In this document: piece after piece, positions 1-13,570 of the stretch
Position numbering within the stretch: position 1 is the first letter of the stretch
Layout of the letters: each line of letters starts with the position of its first letter
Assembly: GCA_964016885.1 (NCBI GenBank)
Contig: OZ024743.1
Span: forward strand, 375,472,001 to 375,536,000
DNA length: 64,000 nt
Reading direction: 5' to 3'
From: Eledone cirrhosa
Lineage: Eukaryota
Translations under genes and position numbers: made by a program
Notes under the pieces: generated by a model
Database searches by the model: none
Seen by the model: the letters and a program-made list of their open reading frames with translations, nothing else
Told to the model about the DNA's origin: nothing

Positions 1-220
1 ATTTAACTTGTTTATTACAAAAGATCACGAAATGAAGAGCCTAAGACTAAACAATGGATGTTGCTCTTCATTGTGATTTCCTTCTTCTCAAGAGAAACAT
101 ATTCTGCTGTCGGCTGCGGTTCTAAATTTAACATTTCCATGGAGATGTTAGATTCAATTGAATACATTTCATTTACACTATTTTAGCAACACGATCTTTT
201 CCTTTGATAATATATATTTT

Positions 221-300
<80 letters not shown>

Positions 301-361
301 AATATAATGAAACGAAATTTCATTTCTCATATATATGTATATATATATATATATACATATG

Positions 362-413
<52 letters not shown>

Positions 414-488
414 TGCATATATATATATACATATATACATATATATAATAATAATTTTTCTTCCTCATAATCGTCTCTTTCTCCCTGT

Positions 489-527
<39 letters not shown>

Positions 528-596
528 ACTCTCTGTCTCTTTAGCTCTCTCTGCCCTCCTTTCTCTCTCTCCCTCTCTCTCTCTTTCTCTCACTCA

Positions 597-644
<48 letters not shown>

Positions 645-760
645 TTCTTCTCTCCTTTCTCTCTCTCCCCCTCTCATTCTATGTGCGTGTATATATGTGT
701 GTGCGAATGTATATACATATATTTATATATATATACATATATATATACATAATTATACAT
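221..760. repeat. Compound microsatellite: (TA)n with CA interruptions plus (CT)n tract
   Basis: Directly visible: (TA)n 221-295 and 330-450, (CT)n about 540-675. Confidence 0.95.
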
Positions 761-936
761 ATATATGTGGTGGTGTGGACAGAAAGTTTATTAATGTGTC
801 CGTAGCATGCAAGGGTAACTCCAGAGTAACAGGCTACTGGATCAACCTTAATAAACTGTTCATCACTACATTGTTCTTGGGTACTCATTATCATAATCGC
901 CAATATTTAATGGATATATACATATATATATATACC

Positions 937-988
937 ATCATCATCATCGTCGTTGTCGTCATTTAACGTCTGTTCTTCCGTGCTGGCA
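937..988 (-). mobile_element. Degenerate 3' tail of RTE-type LINE or RTE-dependent SINE
   Basis: CATCATCATCATCGTCGTTGTCGTCATTTAACGTCTGTTCTTCCGTGCTGGCA resembles the (CAT)n-AACGTTTAACGTCCGTGTTCCACGCTTGCA end of the RTE at 55581. Confidence 0.5.
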
Positions 989-1703
989 ACGAAACATATA
1001 AAGAGAAAGACAACACTATTATATAGACTTTAAGTTTCTCTGTAAATATTTAATTATCCGTGAGTATAAAACGCACACAAAACGTCTGTGATCTTTTGGA
1101 TGTTTTACTTTGATGGTCTTGTAACTGCATGTTGCTGATAATGTCAAACCTTATCGCCTGCTATTATGGTCGGTTTTTATTAATAGAGATAGGTCAAAGG
1201 TCTGGCGATCATACCCTAGGTCGAGTTAGTAAATTGTGAGATTACTCTGCCAATATATATTAGTCATCGCTTCCCTTGGAATGTTCAACCGACTGAAAGT
1301 TTTCTAGAAGGAATTTCCACCAGTGAGGACAGTTAGACAATAGTTCATATATTTTGTTAAGGTAGCAGAATGAAATTTGGTATTTCGTGGTTTAGAAGTA
1401 AACATGTTAACCACTCAGGCATACATCTTTATTCATTAAGAATAGATAACCTTATATACAGTGTAAGCCATAATTAACTTACTGGCTACAAAGAAACATA
1501 ATAATTGTTTCTACTTTTGGCACAAGGCCAGCAACAAGGAAACATATAATGGCTTTCTTACAAACGAGCAGCATTCTGAACATCTAATGTAACTATATAA
1601 ACCTAATTGCCTATGTATGACTTTTGTGTCACTTTAATGACACTATAGTTTCTTTCTAATTCACATTTCTTAACAGTAAGCTGGTAAGCTAATTATAGTC
1701 AAT

Positions 1704-1786
<83 letters not shown>

Positions 1787-2622
1787 AAAATTATCTCGGA
1801 TAACGAGTTTGAAGCGCGAGTGCATTAGAATTCGTAGTATAATGGGAAAAACTCAACGCAAGGAAGATGTTAAAACAGCCAAATGCTGTCAATGTCGACG
1901 CCGGGTAAAATTTACCTCAAAGAACAGAAATCAGCGGCTAGAAGTTCGTTGGGCAGCAGAAGTATATATATAATTGTTGTGATATAAAAATGAGTTTTCA
2001 CTGACATTGCTTGTTTGCATATTTTATTAAATCTCTGATAACACAAGAATGAGCAGTGTTGATTTTTAAAGCCTAATTCCTCGATTCAATGCTCAGATTA
2101 TAATACATAGACATGTATATTAGAACAATGGAGCTTGAGCAAGGTCTTTCACCATTTTTTATTTCTCCCGTATATTTTTCTGCTCATTTTGAAGAAACAT
2201 GTGTTAGCAGGATAAAATGTTTTAACTTCATATTTATATATATATTATTTCTGAAGACGGCGGCTAGAGAAGACGTATGTATATTTTCTTACTATGATAA
2301 TTTGTAATATATTTTAGATAGATCGATAATAGAATGGACATACGGGGAACTACCCCTCCCCCCCCCCCCAGAAACGATCGTAAAATAATGAGTTATACTA
2401 TGAATTAACCGTTTTTTGTTTAATTCAATCTTTTCACTATTTGTATTTTTGACTCTGTATCCAATGAATTATATCGTTGAAATTTTGTATTTTAAACTTT
2501 GCTTCACGATATCTTCTACATACGGATTACATTGAGTTCTTCATACGGCTTAGACCCTACCATAAATTGGTGGATTTATCTGTGTGTATATATATATATA
2601 TATTTATGTATGTATATATATA

Positions 2623-3148
2623 CTAGCAGTGTATCCCGGCGTTTCACGGGTAAGAGCATTGGTAATAGCACCTCCAATGAGAAAAGTTTATTTGTGAGTG
2701 CCTGTTAAAAGCTCACGAAAATATACCGACAAGAAACTTGTTTTATTTGGAGAAAATTAAGAAGTTGAAAGTACAGTTTAGCTGTCTACGTGCATTGTTC
2801 ATAGAAATATTGTTGAGGCTCTTCTGGGTTGTTTATTGGCAAGAGGTGGCAACTGGGCTGGCTTGCCTCGCTTATATTATATATTAAAATAACAGATTAA
2901 AGTTTAAGCAAATAATCGCTCCTTTCACCCTTAACAGGATCTGCTGAAACTAAAAAAATCAGAAGTAAATATTTCGAAAAACGTTGCAACCCAAGGAAAA
3001 CAGGAAGACGATACTTTGGTTCGTGAAAACGTTCCCTGGCAACGAACGGAAAATAGCGAACATAATACGTCAGCAATGTTTGTCATAATGTCGTAATGCA
3101 GACAGCCAAACACACAGACAGATATTATAAGGGCGCGACGGAGATAGA
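2623..3148 (-). mobile_element. Probable non-autonomous Helitron
   Basis: The minus strand starts A|TCTATCTC (3148) and has a CTGT-like microsatellite near the 5' end. It ends with hairpin CCCG-TGAAACGC-CGGG (2635-2650) 8 nt before CTAG|T (2623). These are canonical Helitron termini in an AT target. No coding sequence. Confidence 0.55.
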
Positions 3149-3880
3149 TAACTAGCGCCTAACACCCCTATATCAACAGAAAATTGAAAAATAAAAGCTG
3201 CAGTTAATATCTTAAAGACCGCAAGGAATATATAAAAGCAAGTTTGAAGTCAATAGGAGTAGAAATGTGGATTTGTATAGACTTTGCAAAAATGAGGACA
3301 CACACATACAACTACATTTATATATATATATATATACATATAACATATGAATGTATATATACTGCATTTTGTAATACAATGTATGCATAATTAAAAGCTT
3401 TTTGAAGACCATACGCTATTGTTTTAAAGTAGCGACATTGTCGCTTACTTAAATTTTCGGCAGACAGGGGGAGATAAGTTGACAGCGCTGTTTCGAACCA
3501 TTTGGTACTTGTCAAAACTCACTACTCGCCCCGTCTGCCGAAAATTATGTGTTAGATTCTTATAGAATTCCAGTAACAATCAGGAAGTGATTTTACAGAG
3601 CGGTCGCCCGCCCAGCAGAAATTGAAAATTAGAATTGGTGCTCTGAAATAGCGATATATATATGAATGTATATACAGTGTATTTTGCAATACACTGTATG
3701 CTTAATTAAAAGCATTTTGAACACCATACGCTACTGTTTTAAAGTAGCATATATATATATACATATACATATGTATATATACATATACAGATATACATAT
3801 ATATACATATAAATATATATATGTATACATATATATATATATATACATATATGCATATATATATATATATGTTGATTTAA

Positions 3881-4035
3881 AACTGCACTATCCACAAGTG
3901 TTTTTTAACCTTCATATCATGTCTTCCTGTTTTATCTGATGAAAACACAAATAGTATTGCATGATGATATTTGTTTTTGAAATGCGCATAATAAAATACA
4001 TGGAACTCTTTTAACCATCTTTTGTTCTTATATAT
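3881..4035 (+). mobile_element. Solo pseudo-LTR fragment related to PLE family D
   Basis: Aligns by eye with the reverse complement of 61671-61830 (CACAAGTGTTTT..CATRTCATGT..TTTTATCTGATGA..GAAATGCGCATAATAAAATAYATGGAACT..TTAACCATCTTTT); preceded by a TA array. Confidence 0.75.
3928..3998 (+). ncRNA. Type I hammerhead ribozyme (D-type, solo copy)
   Basis: Stem I TGTTTTAT/ATAAAATA; core CTGATGA 3936-3942; stem II AAACACAAATA..TATTTGTTTTT; GAAA 3979-3982; palindromic stem III ATGCGCAT; predicted cleavage after A3990. Confidence 0.75.
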
Positions 4036-4721
4036 TATGTATACTCCAGTCCTACAAACTGTAGAGTGCTTCTTATCCGATATCTGCATTGCTTTAAATA
4101 TATAGGTTTTGTCTTAGTAACTTTGTGGTTCAATGCATATTTGCTAGCATTGATATGCATCTGTATGTATATATATGTTACTAGATATATTAATTCTTTA
4201 TAATTATCTCCAAATTATTTGTCGAGCAATATTGGCCAAGACTGCTGCTATGGTAGCAGGCAGGCCGCTGTCTTCTTAACAAACCACTTTCCACTGATTG
4301 ACCTCGATGTCACGTGATTGATTCTTTTTTGAATTTGCCACCGACGCAGTAGGCAGTGATTTTCTCAATGGCTAGAAATTCAGTCCACGCTTTGCTATTT
4401 TCTATCCACTGAATTATTTTTGTATAAGTTCCCAGAGTCGTCGCTTTGCCTGGAAACTTAGCTGAGAATAGACTTCCCTGACGACGAAATGATTCTCTAT
4501 ATTTTCTTCGGAAAGTATATTTATTCCATTTCAGAAACTAATTAGTTGGGAGTGAAATTTTAGTAAGTAAGTTAATTTCATAATTTTCTTATTTTACGTC
4601 TCTCATATTATTATTCTGCAACCCCATGCATTGAACCACAAAGTTACTAAGACAAAACCTATATATTTGCTAGCATTGATATGCATCTGTATGTATATAT
4701 ATGTTACTAGATATATTAATT

Positions 4722-5385
<664 letters not shown>

Positions 5386-5590
5386 ATATTGTTATACTTG
5401 GGGAGGGTCATATTTGTGTAATAATATTGCCAGAATTAATAACAGAACACACTCACTGTTTGGTTGGTTTTCGCTTCTGTGTCTTTTATATCGGTTAATT
5501 TAATTTATTCGGTCCTCAATGTTACCATTGACTGACCAACGGTCAAAAATACAGATACAATATAGACACAAACACATATATATAGTCAAA

Positions 5591-5628
5591 CAAAGTTCTT
5601 TCGTTGCACATCTGCAACATCGTCAGTG
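5591..5628 (-). ncRNA. Type I hammerhead ribozyme motif (family A pLTR)
   Basis: Minus strand CA-CTGACGA-T-GTTGCA-GATG-TGCAAC-GAA-AGAACT-T-TG. Further copies at 7326-7363 (core mutated to CTGACAA) and 10179-10216. Confidence 0.65.
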
Positions 5629-7539
5629 GTGCTACTATGTTTCCTCCTGTTGTATTGTATTTCTACGCCATCTTTATTTAGTCTATTTATTTATTTATTT
5701 TTTGTCTTCTCTGCGCATGCGTTTGCGTGTGTATAGTGTTTGATGTGTGTTCGTGTTTGGGTGACTGTGTATTGGTTATTGTATTCTATCTTAGTTTACT
5801 AGTGTGTGTTTATATGTGTTTGTTGTTATTGTGCTTGTGTATGTATTTATTTATTTATTTATACTTCTCTTAGGTCAGTATTGTTTGTTTGGGTGTTGTT
5901 ATTCCATTCATTTTTTCTGTTTAACCTTGGCCTTCTAAGTTCTATTTCGCTGGCCTCTCTGATTTGCCTATCTGCTGGGTCATTTCTATGTTTAGATATT
6001 ATTCTAATTTCTATGCTGTCTATGTTACCATCATGTTGTTGTCTGGCATGTTCGTATAGTACTGGACCATTTTTTGTCCTTTTAGTTCCCCCCAGTGTTG
6101 GTCTATCCTATCACCTATGCTACGAGCTGTCTCGCCTATGTATGTTGTTGTCATGTTTCTGCAAGTACCCTCTGTACATCTTATGCTATAGACTACGTTT
6201 CTAGTTTTACAGTTTATCCAGGGGTTTACTTTACATATAATACATTTCCTCTTAAAGGGTAGGTTTTGCTGATCAGGGATTTATGGTGGTTCCTGGCTTT
6301 TCTACCACCTTAATCTTTAAGTGGGTCTTTCTCAGGGTCTTTCTACACTGGTTAGGTAATTTCTCTCCAGGGGTAGCGTCCACAAACATGACACTCTGGT
6401 ATCTCTGGTTGTCGTATCATGAGGTGGCTTTCCCTATCTTATGTCTAGTGCTATCTAAGCTATTCCATGATTTGCTCCTGTATAATAGGCAAATTCCTTT
6501 CATGTCCAGTTCTATGAGGGTCTTATATTTCTCCGTGGCTCCTTCGTATACTCTGATTCTGTCTCTTTGGTTGTAGCCAGAGAACTGCATGCGGTTGAGG
6601 AAGTGTTGGATGTGTCTTTCCATTTCTGCTGGGTCGCACATGCTGGACAGGTTCTTCATCACTCGTACCAAGTCTGCGATCAGAATATTAAACTTAGCAC
6701 TACTGGACATTGCTGAGGTTTTGAGTATCAGGTATTTGGAGGCCATGGGTTTAGCATAGTGTGAGTGGAGACTTTGGGCTCTCTCGTGTTAATCCAGAGT
6801 TCCGTGTCTAATACAGGTAGTCTATTATTAGGGTGTTTGGAAGGGTAGTCGATAGTTACAGTTATACTCTGGTGTATGGAATTAGCTATCTGCTGGATGC
6901 TTTCCATTGTGCTACGTTCTAAATCAAACTTGTTAGTACTCTCTTGTGGGGATGTCCTTATTACTATATTGATGTCGTCTACGTAACGAGAGTACATGAT
7001 GAGGTCTATGGAGCTCTCATCAAGGAGATCTTTGAGTCTCCTTTCCCACCTTTCAATAACAACAACACCCAAACAAACAATACTGACCTAAGAGAAGTAT
7101 AAATAAATAAATAAATAAATAAATACATACAGAAGCACAATAACAACAAACACATATAAACACACACTAGTAAACTAAGATAGAATACAATAACCAATAC
7201 ACAGTCACCCAAACACTATACACACGCAAACGCATGCGCAGAGAAGACAAAATAAATAAATAAATAAACAGACTAAATAAAGATGGCGTAGGCATACAAT
7301 ACAACAGGAGGAAACATAATAGCACCACTGACAATGTTGCAGATGTGCAACGAAAGAACTTTGTTAGACTATATATATGTGTTTGTGTCTATATTATATC
7401 TGTATGTTTGACCGTTGGTCAGTCAATGGTAACATTGAGGACCGACTAAATTAAATTAACCGATATAAAAGACACAGAAGCGAAAACCAACCAAACAGTG
7501 AGTGTGTTCTGTTATTAATTCTAGCAATATTACACAAAT

Positions 7540-10100
7540 ATGACCCTCCCCAAGTATAACAATATTTGTTTCGACACACGATTTCATATCAAAAACTTCA
7601 CAAAACTAATTCATCGCCGTTATGGCATTAGCTTGTGCCAAGCTGAAAGGTTATTGAAAGACCCTGTTTTCTGTTATATAAAAACTACAATAACAACAGA
7701 ACAAATCCGCTTCTTAAAACACTGTGTTTCCTTCAAAATATACACAACAAACATATCAAAACAAGTAAATAATTTATTATTAAACAAAACACAAGCTGAA
7801 CGATTAAAATACACAATAACAGTTAATATGAAAAGAACATACACAAATGTTAACGAACTTTACAGACAGAAACTCATTAACGGTAAGGAAGTTCGAAATC
7901 TCACCACACCAAACGAGAGGGATGAACTCATGAGCGTCATTCGATTTGAAAAAACGAAATACGCCCGAAACGAATGCAATAGGCATTTCAATAAGAAATT
8001 AGAATGGATGAATAAGAAAAAACTAGAAGAAAGAAAAATAGAATATTCACAAAAATACCCAGATAACATCAACAATATCCGTATGACTGATGTAAAACTA
8101 CCGGAAGAATTTACCAATGACCACACAGTAAATATTTATGGGAACACTTTAATCAGTGAACAAGAACAACAAATTCTGCGGCTACCACCAAAATTTGCTA
8201 TCTACAAAAAGATTAACCCTATCAAGTGCAAAACGGAGCTGGAAAAGTGTTTCACAAAAATACGTTGGAATGCAAAAGTAAACAACAACAACAACTATAC
8301 GGACAACAACAACAATAATAACGATAGTAGTAATATAAACAATAACTCTGAGTATAGAAATAACAGCTATAATAGTAATAGTCATAACAATAAGAATAGC
8401 AGGAGAGTGAGAAATAGTAATAATGGTAATAATATTAACGATAGACAGAACAACAACAACAACCACAATAATAATAATAGAAACATTAACTACAGACACA
8501 GCAGCAGCGACCACAGTAGTAATAATGGTAATAATACGAGTAACAACAACAACCACAGTGGTAATAATAGAAATAATATATGTAGCAACATTAATGTTAG
8601 ACACAACAACAACAACAACAAAAACAAGAACAAAGTAACAACCACAATGGTAGAAATAACAGTAACAACAACAATAACGGTGGAGAAAACAACAACAATA
8701 CATCTAACAATCACAGCAACAATACATCTAGCAATCATAACAATAATAATAATGTTAATGATAAGAACAACAACAACCACCATAATAACAATAATAGCAA
8801 CACACACAACTATGACGATAGATATAATGACAACCCCTTAGAGAAACTATTCTTCAATCCAGCTGACAAAACATATAAGATAGGTAATATCTATCCTACG
8901 AGGTTACCCTTTAATAAAAGGGTTTGTATACCACAACAAATAGATGACGAGATAGAAGCACAGTGCACCATAGCTGGAAATAAGATTAAACAAATAGTTG
9001 ACCGGTATACTAAGAGACAAAGCAGACCAGAGGTCCAACAACTTGGGAGGAAACCTGTAGAAAGCTTGGTTAACCTCAAGCGGCGCACAAGGGATGGTGA
9101 GGTAGTATGTCTACCCACGGATAAGTCTGGTAGGATGTCAATAGACAGCATGCCGAACTACATCAAGGCTATGCAACCCCACATCACCAACACGAGCGAA
9201 ATTGCACAGTAAATACATGATGGGAGAGACAAAAACCTCAACGCTCACATGATGATGTGGACCGACATCCTAAAGCCAAGCAGACGCACTGCCAACAACT
9301 TCCAGGCGTCTAACAATGGCATACCACCCTTGTATGGGCTCCGCAAAGACCATAAGACAGTCGACGACCCGACAACAGGACCACCAACAAGACATGTATG
9401 CGGAGCAAATATAGCTAGCAACTACATGATCTCCTACTTCCTCTCAATGGTTATAATCAAGATGTCCCCAGATGTATGTGACAGTACAGAGGACCTCCTC
9501 AGCAGAATCAGTGAGTGCAACAAAAACAGCAACCTATCCAACTGCATAATAGGCAGTATGGATGTGATATCACTGTACCCATCCATTAACATTGATTTTG
9601 CTGTGGAAAAATGTGTGGAGATGATCATTGAGAGTGAGGTGGAGTTCTGCGACGTTGACACAGACGAACTGGGCCTCCTACTTAGACTTACCTATGACAC
9701 TGACTACCTAGACAGCCATGACCTTAGACGTTTCTGCCCCAGTAGACCCCTAAGAGGTAGACCCCCACCATAACCACAATGGCAAGAAAACCCACTGTAC
9801 TAATAGGAAATGTATTATATGTAAAGTAAACCCCCGGATAAACTGTAAAACTAGAAACGTAGTCTATAGCATAAGATGTACACAGGGTACTTGCAGAAAC
9901 ATGACAACAACATACATAGGCGAGACAGCTCGTAGCATAGGTGAAAGGAAAGGCCAACACTGGGGGGAACTAAAAGGACGAAAAAACGGTCCAGTGCTAT
10001 ACGAACATGCCAACAACAACACAACGGTAACATAGACAACATAGAAATTATAATATCTAAACATAGAAATGACCCAGCAGATAGGCAAATCAGAGAGGCC
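7540..10100 (+). pseudogene. Family A RT/GIY-YIG ORF pseudogene
   Basis: Frameshifts (e.g. ~8635), a stop near 9210, a ~1-kb deletion at ~9785 removing the YVDD region, and a second deletion at ~10100 removing the ORF end. Confidence 0.9.
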
Positions 10101-10178
10101 AAAAATAAATAAATAAATAAACAGACTAAATAAAGATGGCGTAGGCATACAATACAACAGGAGGAAACATAATAGCAC

Positions 10179-10216
10179 CACTGACGATGTTGCAGATGTG
10201 CAACGAAAGAACTTTG
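10179..10216 (+). ncRNA. Type I hammerhead ribozyme motif (family A pLTR)
   Basis: CTGACGA 10181-10187, 6-bp stem II, GAAA 10205-10208, minimal stem III. Confidence 0.65.
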
Positions 10217-10499
10217 TTAGACTATATATATGTGTTTGTGTCTAAATTATATCTGTACTTTTTACCGTTGGTCAGTCAATGGTAACATTGAGGACCGAAT
10301 AAATTAAATTAACCGATATAAAAGACACAGAAGCTAAAACCAACCAAACAGTGAGTGTGTTCTGTTATTAATTCTGGCAATATGATCCTCCCCAAATATG
10401 ACCCTCCCCAATTATAACAATATTTGTTTCGACACACGATTTCATATCAAAAACCTCGCAAAACTATATATATATACATATACATATATATACATATAC

Positions 10500-10615
<116 letters not shown>

Positions 10616-10772
10616 ATATATATTGTTATACTTTGGGAGGGTCATGTTGCCAATAAGAAACACACGCACCAGTCGCTTTCACTTCAATTTATTATAATAA
10701 ATTCATAAATTTAGGAATTTATAAATTTCTGGTTGGTTGGTTGGTTCCACAACCAGATAGTTGTTTATATAT

Positions 10773-10818
10773 TGTCAAAGTTCTTTCGTCACACATTCTG
10801 TGACCTCTTCAGTGACTG
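10773..10818 (-). ncRNA. Type I hammerhead ribozyme (A2 pLTR, inverted copy)
   Basis: Reverse complement of 12671-12716. Confidence 0.8.
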
Positions 10819-10896
10819 GGGATTCTTTTCTTTGTGTCTCTCCTTTGTTCTGTCCTACGCCATTTGGTTTCTGTGTGTGTGTTGTGTGCTCAGTCT

Positions 10897-12471
10897 GTTG
10901 AGTTCCGTGGGATTGATACCAGTGAGCTGGGACTCCTACTTAAACTTACCTATAGTAATAATTACCTAGACACATATAACCTTAGCAACCTGTGCCCTAC
11001 AAGACCAGCAAGAGGCAGACCACCTACCATTACCTCAATGGCCAAGAAAACCCACACAGATATATGGAACGGGTGGACCAGAGCCATACGGACACCCGAA
11101 AACCACGATGAACTGAAGAACATGATTGCACATGCGGTAGGGGCCAGCATAAAACTAACCCTTAAGGAACATATGTTCAAATTTAATGGAAAAACATATG
11201 CCCAAGAGGAAGGAGCAGCCATTGGTGTTAGCATTGCAGGCGACATAGCTAACTTATTCATGGTATGGTGGGACAGTAGACTTAAACTTAAACTTAAAGA
11301 ACAATTAGAAGACCCCTTAACCCTGATAATGTACTCCCGCTACGTTGACGATATAAACATCGTAGTTAAGACACCCCCACTAGAGAACAGTCAGGAACTA
11401 GAGAAAAACACAATGGAAAGCATCCAGCAAATAGCTAACTCCATCCACCAGAGTATTAGAGTTACTATAGACTACCCAAGTAAACACCCCAACCATCGAT
11501 TACCTGTACTAGACACAGAGCTCTGGTTAGATACCATTAATAACAAAAAACAAATCCTCTATTCCCATTATGCCAAACCCATGACTTTCAAACATCTGAT
11601 CCACCGAAACTCGGCTGTTTCGGACCATACCAAAATCAACATACTGATTGCAGATTTGGTACGGGTGATGAGAAACGTGTCCCGCATGTGCAACCCCGAA
11701 GAACTAGAGAGACACATACAACACTTCATCCACCGTATGCAGTTCTCTGGTTACAATCAGAGAGATAGAATCAGAGTGTATAGAGGAGCCAGAACCAAAT
11801 GGGAAAAAATGGTAAATAATGACACAAATGGGACCTGCCCCTTGTATAGGAGCAAATTTTGGAATAGAATAGAAAGAACTAGGAATAAGGCTAATATAAT
11901 AAACTCATGGTATGATAGCAATAAATACCAGAGTGTAATGTTCATCGATACAACCCCTAGAGGTGAATTAGCTTACAAATTTAGAAGGGCCCTAGATAAA
12001 CATAAACTCAATATGAAGATAGTAGAAAGACCAGGTACCTCCGTAAAAACATTTATTAGCAAGACATACCCTTTCCAAAGACCCCCCTGTATAGATAAGA
12101 AATGTATAACCTGTAAAATAAGCCCCCATATTAACTGTAAAACTAGAAATGTAGTGTATAGCATAAGATGTACTGAAGGACAATGTAGAGACAAAAATAT
12201 AGTGTACATAGGTGAGACAGCTCGTAGTGTAGGGGAACGGATAAATGAACACTGGCGAGACCTTCAAGATAGTAAAGAATCATCTGTACTCTACCAACAT
12301 GCTAAAATAGAACATAAGGGTAAATTAGAGAACATAGAAATAAAAATAGAATCTACACACAGAAAAGACGCAATGTTTAGACAAATCACAGAGGCAATAA
12401 ACATAAAAGAATTACAACCAAAATTAAATAGAAAATATGAGTGGAACAGCAACATCACAACTTACAATTAA
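10897..12471 (+). pseudogene. 5'-truncated but uninterrupted A2 RT/GIY-YIG reading frame
   Basis: [38 protein letters not shown] linker, VVYSIRC..YIGET..RINEH, PKLN. The first ~21 aa of the 545-aa ORF call come from the inverted pLTR and are spurious. Confidence 0.9.
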
Positions 12472-12670
12472 GGACAAAATGAAAACACACACACACATAG
12501 AACAAACAACCAACCGGTAACATGTAAATAAACAAATAAATAAACAAATATAAACACACACAGACACCCGGATGTGGCGCATGCGCAGACTGAGCACACA
12601 ACACACACACAGAAACAAAATGGCGTAGGACAGAACAAAGGAGAGACACAAAAACAAAGAAAAGAATCCC

Positions 12671-12716
12671 CAGTCACTGAAGAGGTCACAGAATGTGTGA
12701 CGAAAGAACTTTGACA
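12671..12716 (+). ncRNA. Type I hammerhead ribozyme (A2 pLTR)
   Basis: GTCA-CTGAAGA-G-GTCACA-GAATG-TGTGAC-GAA-AGAACT-T-TGAC: 4-bp stem I, intact core with one extra nt after A9, 6-bp stem II, minimal stem III. Confidence 0.82.
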
Positions 12717-12921
12717 ATATATAAACAACTATCTGGTTGTGGAACCAACCAATCAACCAGAAATTTATAAATTCCTAAATTTATAAATTTATAATAATAA
12801 ATTGAAGTGAAAGCAACTGGTGCGTGTGTTTCTTATTGGCAACATGACCCTCCCAAAGTATAACAATATCGGTTTCAACACACGATTTCAGATAAAGAAT
12901 CTTGCTAAACAAATTCAGAAA

Positions 12922-12969
<48 letters not shown>

Positions 12970-12971
<2 letters not shown>

Positions 12972-13141
12972 AAGGCGGGTAAAATTCCCGAGATCCATGG
13001 ACGAGTTCTCTCCAGCGGTCTCTGTCCCTCATTATCGCTGCCATATCCTGCATCTCCAACAGACCAGTGTCTGTCCTTAGGGCATCAACATATGTTAACC
13101 TTGGTCTTCCACTTCTAGTGTGTCCATGTAGGGGCTCCCAA
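12970..13141 (-). mobile_element. Very short 3' fragment of an RTE-group LINE
   Basis: Encodes [37 protein letters not shown], the GRP..(W/Y).D..DR..WR C-terminal signature of RTE-group ORFs; TA on both sides. Confidence 0.75.
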
Positions 13142-13174
13142 TGTATATATATATACATATATACATATATATAC

Positions 13175-13273
<99 letters not shown>

Positions 13274-13330
13274 CATATATATACATATATATATATACAT
13301 ATATATACATATATATACATATATATATAC

Positions 13331-13381
<51 letters not shown>

Positions 13382-13398
13382 AATATAAATATATATAC

Positions 13399-13462
<64 letters not shown>

Positions 13463-13570
13463 ATATATATACATAAATATATATATATATGTATATACAT
13501 ATATACATATATATATACATATATATACATATATATACATATATATATAAATATATATATATACATATAT

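Larger units (their letters stand above)
5386..10466 (+). mobile_element. Decayed PLE family A insertion: inverted 3' fragment (5386-7050, minus) + pLTR + internally deleted ORF + pLTR/tail
   Basis: The minus arm encodes [22 protein letters not shown] end, then UTR and MTLPKYNN. The plus part starts at ~7055 with the ORF end ([15 protein letters not shown]), then UTR, ATG 7540, frameshifted ORF, UTR, a new ATG at 10398 and TA. Clearly homologous to 36413-40045. Confidence 0.92.
10620..12925 (+). mobile_element. PLE subfamily A2: inverted pLTR (10620-10897) + 5'-truncated ORF + pLTR/tail
   Basis: 10620-10897 is the reverse complement of about 12586-12870. The ORF fragment runs from VEFRGIDTSELGLLL to stop 12471; UTR follows; ATG 12844 ([15 protein letters not shown]) runs into TA. 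Flanked by TA on both sides. Confidence 0.93.

Noticed and set aside
990-2580. Possible host exons or old SINE remnants
   Set aside because: No ORF with recognisable motifs and no supportable element boundaries by eye.
4478-4525. CTGACGA-CGAA..TTCG-GAAA hammerhead-like core
   Set aside because: I could not form stem I from the flanks and the stem II closing pair is reversed, so it is not called.
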